64,000 nucleotides of DNA from Podarcis gaigeae. Its lineage: Eukaryota. The position numbers and the translations under genes were made by a program. The notes beneath the pieces are model-generated. The model did no database searches. It was not told where the DNA came from and was given only the letters and a program-made list of their open reading frames with translations. Shown one piece after another: positions 1 to 12,659 of the stretch. Each line of letters starts with the position of its first letter. The first letter of the stretch is position 1. Location: NCBI GenBank assembly GCA_964106915.2, contig OZ066917.1, one strand, 5' to 3'.

Positions 1-1066
1 GACAAAAGCCTTATTTCTTCATGTGTCAGCTCTTGTTAAGCGCCTCCCTGCCCCTCTTGCTGCTGGCAGTAAACAGGATTAACAAGCCCTATACTTAGAC
101 ATGCTGCGCCTGCACATGATTCTCAAACAAGCAAAGGAAGAATGCACACCACCCAAATGCAGACAAGGCACACAGGCAAGTGTGCGCACAATGCGCCCTA
201 GTAAATAAACCCTTTGTGCATCCCACAAAATGGCAAATGCCCATAATGTGTACAAGGCACATTCACAGCACAACCATATATACTCTACAGAGGGAGAGAG
301 GAGGGGCTAATGGCCACCCACAGGGTGAGTCTCACAATTACGTTATTTATTTAATTGTAGACCACGTTCTCCCCCCGCCCCTTCTTTAGAGAATAGTAAA
401 GTGATTGTGCCAGGCTTGTACTAAAGGCTCAACTGGGACTGATTGCTCAGCACACCACTGCAGAAAGTGACTGGTGACAATCTGACCCTGTAGTAAAATG
501 CTCACCTAATCACTTCTACACAAGTAAAATATAAATCCAAGTTTGTTCATAAATAAATAAATAAACAAACGGTCCGACAAAATAAATAGCAAAAAACAGC
601 CCTCCAGAACCAGACTGAGGTAACAGTTCTGATGCAAATAGGAGCTTGGATGCACTGTTGAGATATACACTGTACAACAACAACAACAACAACAGAGCAT
701 TAGGGGTATGATCCTTTCTGCACCTTATGGAAATACAACACAGTGATTATGCCCATTTGTACTGGAGATACCACATATAGTATTAGGAAGCATTACTGCC
801 TCTGGCTTTGGAGGAAAGGCACAGAGAATGTGGTAATGGTTATGAGGTGTGACATTTTTGAGGCTGCAGCCCCTTCCCAGTTTGTTCTTCAAAGGTTTGT
901 CCCTAGAGGACCTCAATGGGAAGAATGAGGTGGGAGGAGAGAAAGAGGAGAAAGGAAAATGGAGTGAAGAGGGGAGAGACAAAAATGGAAAGGAACACAA
1001 AGCAAAGAAACACATCATTTGCATCTGAGCCTTGCATGCTAAGCCCTTCTTACCAAGTGCTCGCTC

Positions 1067-1068
<2 letters not shown>

Positions 1069-1110
<42 letters not shown>
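1069..1110. repeat. (CT)n microsatellite
   Basis: Perfect CT dinucleotide run read directly. Confidence 0.98.
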
Positions 1111-1113
<3 letters not shown>

Positions 1114-4100
1114 TTAGTAGTATGGAACATGAAACAAGCAGGTTGTGCGCTATGTTGGAAGTCCGGATCGTAGTAGAGTTCCCAATTCCAGCAGTAAAGG
1201 CTGTGGGAGAATTTCCAATACAGATGAAGCTGCAGACTTGAAAATTCTGACCAGCTGTTGGAATTATGTTATTCTTCCATGAAATTGGGAGAGAGTGCAT
1301 GGTGGGCTATAAACAGCACACCTCGGGGCACATGAAATTTAAAGAGATAGGCACATAATAATCTACCCTCCAAATTGTTTCTCCATAAAGAAAAGGTAAT
1401 CACCATCCCCTTTCATCAGTCTCCAATTGGAAGCCCCTTCCTTTGGAATCAAGTCTTTTTAACTTGAGTGTTAACATTAAAGGGAGGGTTTTGTTTTTTT
1501 AAAAGATCACTTCAGAGCTCAGTTGAATATATAAAATCTTGAAACCCGAATGAACATCTAGATTCACTAGCTATTGGGGCTTGATTTGTAGAGTTTCAAC
1601 CAAAATGGAGAAGTGGCCAGTTGTTTAACAACTCATAAACCCAAAAATGGATCCTGGTATTTCAAATGCGCCACTGATGTATTTGGCGATAAATGGGGTG
1701 TTTTTGTGTGTGGCGACGGGAGGGGGGGCAGTTCTTCAGCTGTAACTCCCAGGCCTATTGCAACTGGTCTTTTATTGCAGCATTTCCAGTATATGTAGAG
1801 TTGTAACAATTTGCATCATTAAGTGTTTAACAAAACACCAGTTATAAATGCTGCAGTAATGGCTGCAATCTAGAGATTTCAGCGATTGGACAGATACAAA
1901 GCCATCCAATCATGAGAGAGGGGAGGCATTTGACTCATGCAAATACTAACTGGGCAAATTGTGGTAGTTTACAATTTTATGCAGCAATCAAAATTTGTTT
2001 CTTGGGGTGGGGTGGGGGGGAAAGGAACTGACGTTTTTACAGTACTGGCACTATTGAGAATATTGAGAGCAACTCCCCCCCCCTTTTTTTGTGGAAAACA
2101 CATACAATTTTACCAAAAAGAGACAGAATGAGAGAAAAGCTATTTTAAGAGAAATGGATTCCTCAGTAAGAGTAGCTGATGTAGCTACCGAGAGTGTAAC
2201 AAGTAAATGAAATTTGAGGCTTTAGTGCCAGTCAGCTGGCAATAGAGCAGTGGGGAAAGGGAGGGCCAACAGCAGTACACTCAACATCCTGGTTGAGTAC
2301 ACTCAACTGCTTATTGAGTTGGACACTGCAAGTGATCACTGCCCTTACAGCAGAGCCAATGACCAAAGGAGGCTTAATTCTATATGTATAGAATATATTT
2401 AAGAAATGTATATCCAGCTTCTCACCATATGTCTTGATGCAGCTTACAAAAATTAAAATAAAGGGAGGAATTTGACTGTTTTATCAGGTCAAGCTTTCTC
2501 CTTGCCAAACAAAAATATATCCCCTCTCCTCTCCTCCCAACCCACAGTGTTCTAGGGGGGCTTCCTACCCACCTGAGTCAACTGAGGGAAGCATTGGGGG
2601 GGGCACACTGTGAGACTCCCTTTTCTTCATGCAACACCACTGTCCATTCTCATTCCAGCTCTGATTCCATCTCCAGCTGTTCCTAATGGAGAAACCCCAA
2701 TCCTAGCCAAGGTGTGCAAGGTGAACTCTTTGCAGTAGGGAACTGAAATTCTCCTTTCCAAGAAGTTCAGCCTGCACCCTGCACCAATTCAAGGAAGTAG
2801 CACAGGTTGCAGCAATGTTGACTGATTGACACCTTATATTTGGAGCTGTGCAGATGCCGAGGTGCACAGGTTCACACTGAAAAATAGCATCCCCCCCCCC
2901 AAATGTTAATGTACCCTTTGTTAATATGGCAGTTCAGTCAATGGGAATAAAATGGAAGGATTAAAAAAAAATCCTTCCCATGCATTTAACGTAAGGTCAA
3001 AAACGGGGCAGAAGAAGGTGGGGAATAGTGTCCCAAACAAGTTCTACAGGAATGGCACTACTCCCACCAATATTAGTAATACCACACATCTGATGCCCTT
3101 TGGATGAAGAGCGGTAGCAAAACACAATAACTCATAAATCCTAAATGCTAAAATAAAGGGTCAGAAGTAGCAATGTCAACCCAAGTTGAGGTGAGCATCA
3201 TGTGCATCACAAGGAGGCAGAAAGTGATAATATTGGTGTTTTCGTTTTGTTTTCCAAAGCTAATATGCATTGGCTCCAAACGATGCTCAGTGTTATTTGG
3301 CTGAGTCTTGGCCTTTCCCCTTGGGCATTCTACTTGGTTACCTCCTGTTTGTTTGCAAATCGTAAGTTGCAGTAAGATCCAAACTGAGAAACTATCGATT
3401 GTACATTCTCTGCAAACCAGGATTGGCAAACTAGGATTATAGACAACAATCCTGTTGTTGTTTAGTTCTGCTTTCCAAAAGATACAGCTATTGTTCACTT
3501 TCAGGGATTTTCTGCTTGAAATCCAAGGCTTAAACCCCAAAATCAAGGGGCTATGAACTGATGCAGATTGAAACGGAATAAATAGAAAAATTCTAAGCCT
3601 TGACCAACTGTAATCACAATGCCAGAACATAAATGATGTTCTCATCACAGCCATAGGTGAAAGATAAAGCTCCGAAGATGCTAATATTTTGTGGTACACT
3701 GCCTTTGGTATGTACAGTATGCATATTTCTATTGCTGTTGGCTTTTTTTAAAATGTCTTGTAGAAGAAGAAAGTAATTGAATGGGAGTGTTTGTATATGT
3801 TCAGCATGCAGGAAAAAATGTGATATAAAAGTATAAGCACCCACTTTCAATAACTCATACAACGAGTGCCAGCAAGACAGGGGGTGTTTTGCTGAGACCT
3901 GCAGTGTAAGGATGGAAATTTTTCGCTTGTTATTTTTATATTTGCCATCAGACGCTGCCACGCTCCATCAAGCTTAGAGGCTTAAACGCCAAAAGTTGGA
4001 AAGGAGAAAAGAAATCCATCCAGCGTTTCAATGTGTTTGACGGCTGCATAAGCATAAATGCTGGATACAATTGTGTTGCAAAACTGTTTGTCTACCTATC

Positions 4101-4390
4101 TCTAGGTCTGAGAGGAGAGCGGAGGCAACAAACTCATTACCATTGGAAACAGGATGACATATTTTGAGGGGGATATATGGATTTAGACCTTGGTGATCTT
4201 GTTAGAAGCAGATATTCCTGGGAGATCCAGATTCAAATGCTCACTCAGGTATGATGCCCTTGGCTTTGGCAAATTTGCTAATTAATCCCATCACCTAATT
4301 TATGCTGCCAAAAATACCTAACAGAGTTGTGGTAGGTTGAAATGACACAAGGAATAATACTGCATTTTGCTGCTTGAAATGTGCTATATG

Positions 4391-4636
4391 CAGGGGTCAG
4401 CAAACTTTTTCAGCAGGGTCCACTGTCCCTCAGACCTTGTGAGGGGCTGGACTTTTTTTTTTTGGAGGGGGGATGAACGAATTCCTATGCCCCACAAATA
4501 ACCCAGAGATGTATTTTAAATAAAAGCACACATTCCACTCATGTAAAAACACACTGATTCCCGGACTGTCTGCGGGCCAGATTTAGAAGGCAATTGGGCC
4601 GGATCAAGCCCCTGGGTCTTAGTTTGCCTACCCATG
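4391..4636 (+). mobile_element. Non-autonomous hAT (Charlie-like) MITE
   Basis: Termini CAGGGGTCAGCAAACT...AGTTTGCCTACCCATG form imperfect TIRs. Flanks tgctatatg/tgctatag resemble an 8-bp TSD. A close second copy lies in reverse at 55305-55558. Confidence 0.85.
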
Positions 4637-4822
4637 TGCTATAGCAATGATGAATCATACTAAAATATCCACACAGTCTCAGGGAAGTCTCATCTTAAAG
4701 TTATATCACCACCGCAACCACACATTTGTGTAATGAAACAGAATTGGTGATTTCTTCTCATTCTTTACTGGTTGTAAACACTACAAAAGGTATAAGATAC
4801 ATTTCACTACTAGCACCAGGAA

Positions 4823-5055
4823 TTTATTTATTTTTACTTTATTTACTACACTGATATGCCACCTTTCCTCCAAGGAGCTGAAGCCAGCATACGAAGTCCT
4901 TCCCTGTCTCTATTTTATCCTCATAACCTTGTACAGTCAAGATTAGGCTGAGAGACAGTTAATGGTCCAAGGTCATCCAGCAAGCTTTGTCACCCAGTGG
5001 AGATTTGAACTTGGGCCTTGTGGTTCCAGTCCAACCACTCTAACCAATACCAAAC
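4823..5055 (-). mobile_element. MIR/CORE-like tRNA SINE with L2-type tail
   Basis: Reverse strand shows a tRNA-like head (tggttagagtggttggactggaacc...gttcaaatc), a core (cagcctaatct...gaggataaaat) and an AAAT-rich tail. Confidence 0.65.
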
Positions 5056-6564
5056 CGGGGTGGTGGTGAATACACAAGATGCTGAATGGGATAAATGAGC
5101 AACTACTCAAGTAAATTTTAAAAATCTGCAACAAAGCCAACCATGTTAGCAACAGAGACTAACAATGCTTGTGAAGATCAGGTGAAAGCTAGGAGCTTAC
5201 CCCTTTCCCTGTTTCCCTGCCATGGGCTATAGCACATTGGCTTCAAGCACCAGATCAGCCTTTTGTCTGATTTATGCTTGTCCTCACCTACTCACCATGT
5301 GTTTAGGAGGCCCCTGACCACTCCATCCCACCATGACTGGACAGCCTTAGATGTGATGAGACCTTCAGAGCCCAAGGGTAGCCCCTAGCCCTGGTCAGCT
5401 GTGAGAGTTTGGTTGGATAGCCATCCCTTTATCACTAAGGTGCATCAGGGTGCTCACCACAAGAGTATCTGTTTAACTCTCTCGCTGAAGCGGACAGCTG
5501 TGCCAAATTCATTAGTTTGCTGAATCAGGCAAATTGCTGCAGTTTCTCCCAAGAAACACTGTAGGCAGAGGGAAAGGCACTACCAGTTGTCAACTGTGAA
5601 ATATAACCCCCAAAACTCCTACTGTGACTCTATATAGGCAACAGGCTAATCCCAATTAGGCACATTCTAGGGGTGGGAGTGAATGAGGCTACCCACAATC
5701 AATCTCCCATTGGCTGCTGTGTCTCACCAAGTGTGGCCACAGATGTACAAGTACAGACTCATTTAGACATTATATAGAGTTCCTGGAGTTTGGCACTTGT
5801 GATTGTACCATAAACACCCTTACTTATAGAGCCAGTACTATTAGTTTACAAATAAGGTTCTATTTCCAGGGATATTAAGGCTTCCCATGCATCTCCTTAA
5901 GAGATTTGCTAATTCTTATTACAGTTGGTTATTTCTAACCTCTCCACAGAACTTTAAAATACTGATGGCATACCTCTGGTTTTTTTTTGTTTTTTTAAAA
6001 TAAATCCTGTCAAGAATGGTTGTGTACAGGAGATCCATGTCAGTTTACATTTGTCACAATGCCCTGAGTCTCCTGGATAATGCTAACTTTTTTTGTTTAA
6101 GATACCAAGGAAACTCAGAACAATTTGATTATTTATGTGCACAATAACATGACCACCGGCTAGTGGTAAGTGGTAGAGGATTGTGGACAGTGAGAGAATG
6201 TGACAACCTCATCAGAGCATAGCAAAGGAAGCATGCAGGAAGGACAGTAGCTGATTGCACTGCTGGGGACATTTTTCTTGACCGCTCCTTGGGAAGCCAA
6301 GGTAGCTCTGCCCAGTTTGGAGATGATTATTCACTTCCTTTTTATCTCCTGAGATTCATTTCCTCCCATACTCTTGCATGGAGATAGATGTACCTGATCT
6401 CTCTACTCCTCTCTGGTATGGATTCAGCAGGATTTTATTTCTGTTTTTGAAAAAGACATGAATGGTAACTTTGTGAGCAGGTGTAGCATAGAAACTAAGA
6501 ACTGAGAACCAAAAAGTCATGTGACGTCAAATGCAGCTTTGCATTAAAATGTAAATGGCATCAG

Positions 6565-6568
<4 letters not shown>

Positions 6569-6625
<57 letters not shown>
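6569..6625. repeat. Compound (CT)n(GT)n microsatellite
   Basis: Read directly. Confidence 0.95.
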
Positions 6626-6627
<2 letters not shown>

Positions 6628-6741
6628 GTAAATAATGGGATCAGAGCAGGCATGGAGGGGGTGTTTAACCCTTTACCTGCCTGCTGTGGTCCTAAGGAAA
6701 ATAAGTCCCTCTTCTGATGGTGTTATTTACTTTAGGAAGAA

Positions 6742-6920
6742 GGGCTATAACTCATTGGTAGAGCATCTGCCTTGCATACAGGTGGTCCCATAGTCAGTCT
6801 TTGGCATCTTCAGGTAGCTGGGAAAGACACCTAGTCTGAAATTGTGGAGAACTACAGGCAGTCAGTGTAGTCAATACCGAGCTCTTGTCTGACTCAGTAT
6901 AAGGCAGTTTCCAGTGCCCT
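6742..6920 (+). mobile_element. Squam3-type tRNA-derived SINE
   Basis: Head gggctataactcattggtagagcatctgccttgcat, body ggcatcttcaggtagctgggaaagac, tail gactcagtataaggcagtttcc. Homologous to copies at 20411, 38784 and 52063. Confidence 0.8.
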
Positions 6921-6992
6921 GATTTAACTAACAAAATGAAATTCAGCAAACAAATGTAAATGTCTGCATTCAGGCAATTATTCAGGTGGTTG

Positions 6993-6996
<4 letters not shown>

Positions 6997-7038
<42 letters not shown>
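6997..7038. repeat. (ATT)n microsatellite, probable LINE tail
   Basis: Read directly; followed by tctatatcac, typical of an L2 3' end in reverse. Confidence 0.9.
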
Positions 7039-8531
7039 TCTATATCACTCTTCAAGGTACAAAGGGTGGAAAAGGATGAAAGGTTGAAGAAACTATGCAT
7101 GTTTAGAATAAAGGAAAGGCATAATAGTGCTCTTCAAATGCATGAAGGGCAATACAGTTATGTATGTATGTATGTTTAAAGCATGTTGTACCCCTCTCTT
7201 CAGTGTAAAGGGATCCCAGAGTGCCTTAAATGTGATCAATAAAAACAAGGCAGTCCCTGCCAGCAGGCTTACCATCTGAAAAAAACACAATACGCAACGG
7301 AAAAGGGACAGGGAGAGAAGAGGGGACAGTTCTTAGGCAGTTGTTCTTATAAGGTGGCATAGTTCAGAGGTAGGAGGTGCCTGATAGCACTGGTCTTTTG
7401 GCAAAGTTGATTGAATGAACTCTGCTTCCCTATCTTTCCCACTGAAACAGTCTGGGGAAATGACTTACCAGGGGGTCTCCTTTTTCCTTCCGATATCAGT
7501 GCTTTTAAGGAAGACCATGGAAGGATCAGAACTGGATATCTACTTTTTCTGTTTGGCGGCAGCAGCAGCATCCAGGTTCAAGAGTGATTTGGGAACCATG
7601 GCTAGCTGGGAGATGGTTCCCGAATCAAGCACTTGTTCACTGCTGCCCCTGAGTTCAGGACTAGAAGGGTAGTTTTCAGCTGAACACTTGGAGAACCTTC
7701 TTAATGTCAAGAGCAGTTTGACCATGGAACCAATGACCTGGAGAGTTGGGGCCTTTTCTTGGCTCAAGGTCTTGAAGCCTTAGCTTTGGATTTCCTGCAA
7801 AGAGGAGGGGGGTGAACTCCCTACATAGTTTACAAGACCCCCTCCATAACTTTATGATTACACAGTCCTTTGATTCTATCCTTTACATGAGAGTTAAAAT
7901 GGACTCTCACTTTTTCTTTTCTAAAAACACACAGATAGTGATAATAAATAATCGAATGACAGCAGGAACTGAGGCTTTAAGCAAATTACTACCAGAATCA
8001 CAAAATGTGCTAAGCCTCTGTAAGAAATCAATGGGATTTATTTCCAGATAATATGTTTCGAATCAGGGGGCCAGAGCCGCACAGTATTCTTCAGGGCTTT
8101 TATTATGGTATATCTTCAACCACATTTACAAGTGCAGCTTTCTCATTTGCTATTTCCCCTGGTGCAATGACTTCTAAGATGACTCCAATAGCCGTTTCTA
8201 TAATAACTATGCTATTCTATTCCATCTGTATATTGTATTTTCTGTTGAATCACCTTCCTTGTTAGAGGACCATGGACTGGATAGGGAACCAACTGATCAC
8301 CCACCAACCTGAGACATAGTCCTATGCCTAAAGCATTCCTGTCAAATCCCTCTATGGCATGGATAGGGAATCTGTGGCCCTTCGAACACTGTTGGATTAC
8401 AACTCCCACTGCCCCCATTGGCCATGGTGGCTGAAGCTGATGGGAGTTAGAGGTTAAGAACATGTGATGAACCACAGTCAAAACAGAAAATACCTTCCAG
8501 TAGCACCTTAAAGACCAACTAAGTTAGTTCT

Positions 8532-8573
8532 AGGTATGAGCTTTCGTGTGCATGCACACTTCTTCAGATACCT
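8532..8573 (-). ncRNA. Minimal type-I hammerhead ribozyme motif
   Basis: Minus strand reads AGGTAT-CTGAAGA-A-GTGTG(CATG)CACAC-GAAA-GC-TC-ATACCT: stem I 6 bp, catalytic core CUGANGA/GAAA, stem II 5 bp, palindromic AGCU stem III. Confidence 0.75.
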
Positions 8574-8586
8574 TCATATATTCTTC

Positions 8587-8628
8587 AGGTATCTGAAGAA
8601 GTGTGCATGCACATGAAAGCTCATACCT
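8587..8628 (+). ncRNA. Minimal type-I hammerhead ribozyme motif (second, inverted copy)
   Basis: AGGTAT-CTGAAGA-A-GTGTG(CATG)CACAT-GAAA-GC-TC-ATACCT. Differs from the minus-strand copy by one C>T change at the base of stem II. Confidence 0.7.
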
Positions 8629-9050
8629 AGAACTAACTTAGTTGGTCCTTAAGGTGCTACTGGAAGGTATTTTTTGTTTTGACTATGGCAGACCAACACG
8701 GCTACCTATCTGTAACTGATGAACCACAGGTTTACTACTGCAGATCTGTGACCTTCATCTGATATCTTCATTACTTGGTGACTTTCCACACTTTTGAAAC
8801 ATGTTCTTTTAATGCATGGAGAGGAAAGCCAGAATTATACCAGCTGGCTTGTCCTTGATCTCCAAATGGTTGCCATAGGCCTCTGGATGACCACCATGAG
8901 AACTGAATGCTGACCTAAATTGGTTTGATCCACCAAGTCTTTTCTTCTGTTCTTCTGTCCCATGAATAGTGTGCATGCATCGTTATAGACAAACATGTTA
9001 TCATTATAAAAATGTATGTGTAATCAGGAACCATTCATGATCAGGAGTCC

Positions 9051-9053
<3 letters not shown>

Positions 9054-9107
<54 letters not shown>

Positions 9108-9118
9108 TCACACACACA
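9054..9118. repeat. Compound (CT)n(CA)n microsatellite
   Basis: Read directly. Confidence 0.95.
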
Positions 9119-9501
9119 TACAAAGTATGTTCACAGAGCTCTGTTCACACCTTCTGCTAAACATACAGAGGTCAGAGGCAGGTTGAGCATGCACAATTCT
9201 ATCTCCCTCCCACTTTACATTTGGTGAATGTGTTTTGAAGATGTGTGAAAGGAGCAAGTGATCATTTTAATGTGTGACTGGACCCTCTGAGCTATAGCTT
9301 TCACTTCACACAAAAAAATGCCTCTCAATGCCAACTGTTCACCCATTAAGCTGGCAGCCATCAAGTGTACCTCAAAACATCAAGGATAGAGAAGCCAAGT
9401 GAAGTGCATATATGTGTGAATCAGTCCCATTTTTTGAAAACCTCATGGAATGAGACTTTATAGTCACCTTGAATAGCTTACTCCATAGAGCAATTGTTCT
9501 T

Positions 9502-9647
9502 NNNNNNNNNNNNNNNNNNNNNNNNNNNNNNNNNNNNNNNNNNNNNNNNNNNNNNNNNNNNNNNNNNNNNNNNNNNNNNNNNNNNNNNNNNNNNNNNNNN
9601 NNNNNNNNNNNNNNNNNNNNNNNNNNNNNNNNNNNNNNNNNNNNNNN
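9502..9647. other. Assembly gap (146 N)
   Basis: Run of n characters. Confidence 1.
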
Positions 9648-11689
9648 GTATTTTATCATATTATACCAGGCTTCCCTGCCTTCAGGGGTGGGAGAAGAAA
9701 AACCTGGCTCCATTTGCCAGCTAACTCCAGTTATGGGGCCAGAAGAGGGGCAGCAGTGGTGAGGGCCTTCTTTTCCCTGGAAGTGGCCTACCTGCCTGCC
9801 GCTGCAACTGCCCCTGTAAGGAGCAATATCTGTGAAGTGAAATAAAGTGAAGCACAATAAAATGAGGTGTTTTCTAATACTTCTTGCTTCTTGCCCTACC
9901 CTCAGAGGATTCAGTGAACAATCATCTTTCATGTTTCTACCTTATTAAATATCAGAAGGGTATCAGCAAACACTAGTTTCCTTTATTTCCTGGTGTGGAA
10001 TTAATCCACACTTACTTCAAACACAGAGGGATATAGAGAACAATGTTTTTGAAAGGGGCATTCTAGTCAGCTATGATTTATATAGCTTTCTGCTGCTATT
10101 TGTAAGTGAGGCTGACTCTCTAGAGTTTTCTCTGTCTTTTGCTTAAGCTCGGACCATCTCATTGTGTCCATTTACAGTACAATGGCCAAGAGTCAGGGAA
10201 AACTGAGTCTCAACACATTATTTAAATGTGGAGTATGCTGCCACCACTCCTCTGTTTGTTTCTGAGGTGATAGTCAAACAATCAAGGCACAAGTGATCCT
10301 TAACAATAACACTTTACAAAGGAAAACAGAATTAAGGGGGAATATGTGCTAAAAAATTCAGATTTTTTCTCTCGTAATAAATTAATTATCATATAACACT
10401 CAAATAGTAAATCTTTAATAAGTAGAAACCCCTACACTACATTTCAATATGAGCTCAATGTCTTTCAACACAAAGTCTTCATCAGTGGCCTGATAAAAGC
10501 ACCAGAAACCCCTAAACATAGTGAATCAATAGGCTTTGACTCATGGATATAAAACTTTAGAGGAGGAAGGCAAAACAATTACTTCCACTCTCCATTGCAA
10601 ACAGCTATCTCAATACAAGCTTTCTAGCCTACAATATAACCCACAACCTCCATATAAATTTATCTTCTTCACTCAAAGGCTCTGATGAGTATAGTTGAAA
10701 CCCTGGTATATTTATTTTTTACACATTTGTCTTACACACGCCCTGCTTATTTTTCAGGTGGAACACTAAGCAATGTAGATATGATGCCTAATCCAGAATA
10801 TTTTGTACTTCAGAAGCTATTCCAGAGTATAAAAATACATGTAAACAGCGAAGGATATGAATGCAGCACACATGTATAAATTCACATACAAGTAGACAAA
10901 CCCAAACCTTACCAGGCCACACAACCTGTGTCATCAGAAATTTTATTAAGTGTTTGACCACAACCAATTAAACTAATATTTACAATTTCCTTTACATAAA
11001 GGAAACAAACTCATTCTATAACTGAAAAAAAAAACAGAGAAAAAGAAATACACTAAACTATAATCTAAGAAAAAGTGAATAAATCTCTAAATAAAACCTG
11101 GCTATCTTTCCAGCACATGAACCATAAATGTCACTGCGATTTAGAGAAAGAATGAAGAATGGAAAAATAAGGAAAAGGGGGGGAAAGAATAATAGCATCA
11201 CAGATCGAACTCTGAAACATTCTGAACCAAAGAATACCTTTACTGATAGGTCACATTTATAACAACAGAAACTGATTACAAACTACTTCTCTTGTGTATT
11301 TTGCTGTGAAAACATGCAATTTATTCACATGCATTCAATTCATAAATTGTGCTGCTCAAGTGCAGTTTGTTCTCAGGAATGGGTGCTTGCATACAAAAAG
11401 TGATGTATGTAGTCCACACCCTAATTAGTTTCTCTTTCACACACAAATACAGCTTGGTTATCCCTCATGAGAGCTGCTTGGCATACAAATTTGTGCTTAG
11501 CTTAGTTTTCACTGTAGCTTTGCAATCCACCCTTATAAAATTAAACTCTCCTACATGAAATGTTTCCAATCAGTAAAAAGAACAGAACAAACCAACCAGC
11601 AAACAAAACCCCCAGCTGTGTCAGCAATCTCCAGCTGTAGAAATTGCAAATGTGGTATATGTGTAAATAAATGGTCACCCTCCAAAAAT

Positions 11690-12075
11690 GGTTGCACTTG
11701 GCCATTTGCTGGTTCAGCCTGCTCACTCGGCACTCCCCTGTTTATCCGATCTAATGCAATAAAATGCGTAATTAATTTCTAAATGCTTCTGTTGAGCAGT
11801 GCAATTTGTCAAGTCGAGTTGTAATAGAATTAAGCTTTTTATCAGCGATTAGCAAAAGAAGGTAAAAAAATTAATTACAGAATTGTATGCCTCCCTGCTT
11901 CAAAGCCAGGTTTGGGATTAAATGTTTGATAAAGGTTCCTTGGCACATTATAAAACATTTAGCAAAATCCGCTCTCTCCCCCCCCAACCCCAGTAATTTC
12001 TCAAAACTATCTTTGTACACATGCACAATGGGTGTAGCATAAGTAATTGAACATTTGTACAAGTTGGTTCAAATT
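11690..12075. promoter_or_regulatory. Candidate conserved non-coding element / enhancer
   Basis: Repeat-free, retained CpGs, dense TAATTA/TAATTG, GCAATAAAA and GATA-like motifs. Conservation is inferred, not measured. Confidence 0.5.
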
Positions 12076-12659
12076 GGACCCAGCCTTCTTCCACATAACT
12101 GGAACATAGCTGTTTCCCTGTATTTAAAATGTATGGACTATCTTCCTAGTAGAGTATGTATATTTCAGCCATTTTGAAAATAGCTGTGCCACCAGTTGTA
12201 TATTGCTTTTCTGTGAGGAAAGATCCACACTTAAAATGGAAGATAAATGTAAGCTAACATGCTAGTTAGATGCTGAAAATGCAACTCCTAGTCTGCGTAA
12301 GATGAAACAGCTTTCATGCGAAAGAGAAATAACTTCAGATGTCACACTTAAGGGTCATACTGGTTCACTGGAAAATTACCAAAACTTTGGGCAAAATTGA
12401 TAGTATATTTGTGCTTATGAAATGGGGCAAGAAGGAAAAAAACAAGCCAAGACAAAGGCATTGGTGTCAGAGACAAGACTGAACATCAACAGACTGGAAA
12501 AACTTACATCTAAAGGGGAAATTAGCAATGATTATATACTGCTTACTGAAACTAAGCATCTACAGGTGTTTACAAAAGACTTCACAAAAATGAACTGGTA
12601 GGTGTCACTAAGCTCACAAAATTAGTTTGGGTTATTTAGCTAAACTCCTTATTCCATAA

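Larger units (their letters stand above)
8478..8716. mobile_element. Penelope-like retroelement terminus (inverted pseudo-LTR remnant)
   Basis: Near-perfect inverted arms 8476-8573/8587-8684. Motifs tagcaccttaaagaccaact and cagaccaacacggctac match reptile Penelope ends as recalled. 13-bp direct repeat tgatgaaccacag at 8465-8477 and 8717-8729. Confidence 0.85.
8358..8740. mobile_element. Short palindromic hAT MITE interrupted by a Penelope-like insertion
   Basis: catggatagggaatctgtggccc...gattacaactcccac...gatgggagttag...ccacaggtttactactg. Same architecture as the MITEs at 55020-55296, split at 8478-8716. Confidence 0.7.

Noticed and set aside
725-1300. 191-aa ORF with ER repeat
   Set aside because: The ER run is a translated (CT)n microsatellite.
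3148-3699. 183-aa minus-strand ORF
   Set aside because: Random-like composition and no recognisable family.
9372-9932. ORFs spanning the N run
   Set aside because: Artefact of the assembly gap.
10682-10710. CTGATGA...GAAAccctggTA hammerhead-like string
   Set aside because: No stem II pairing and no stem I complementarity; chance match.
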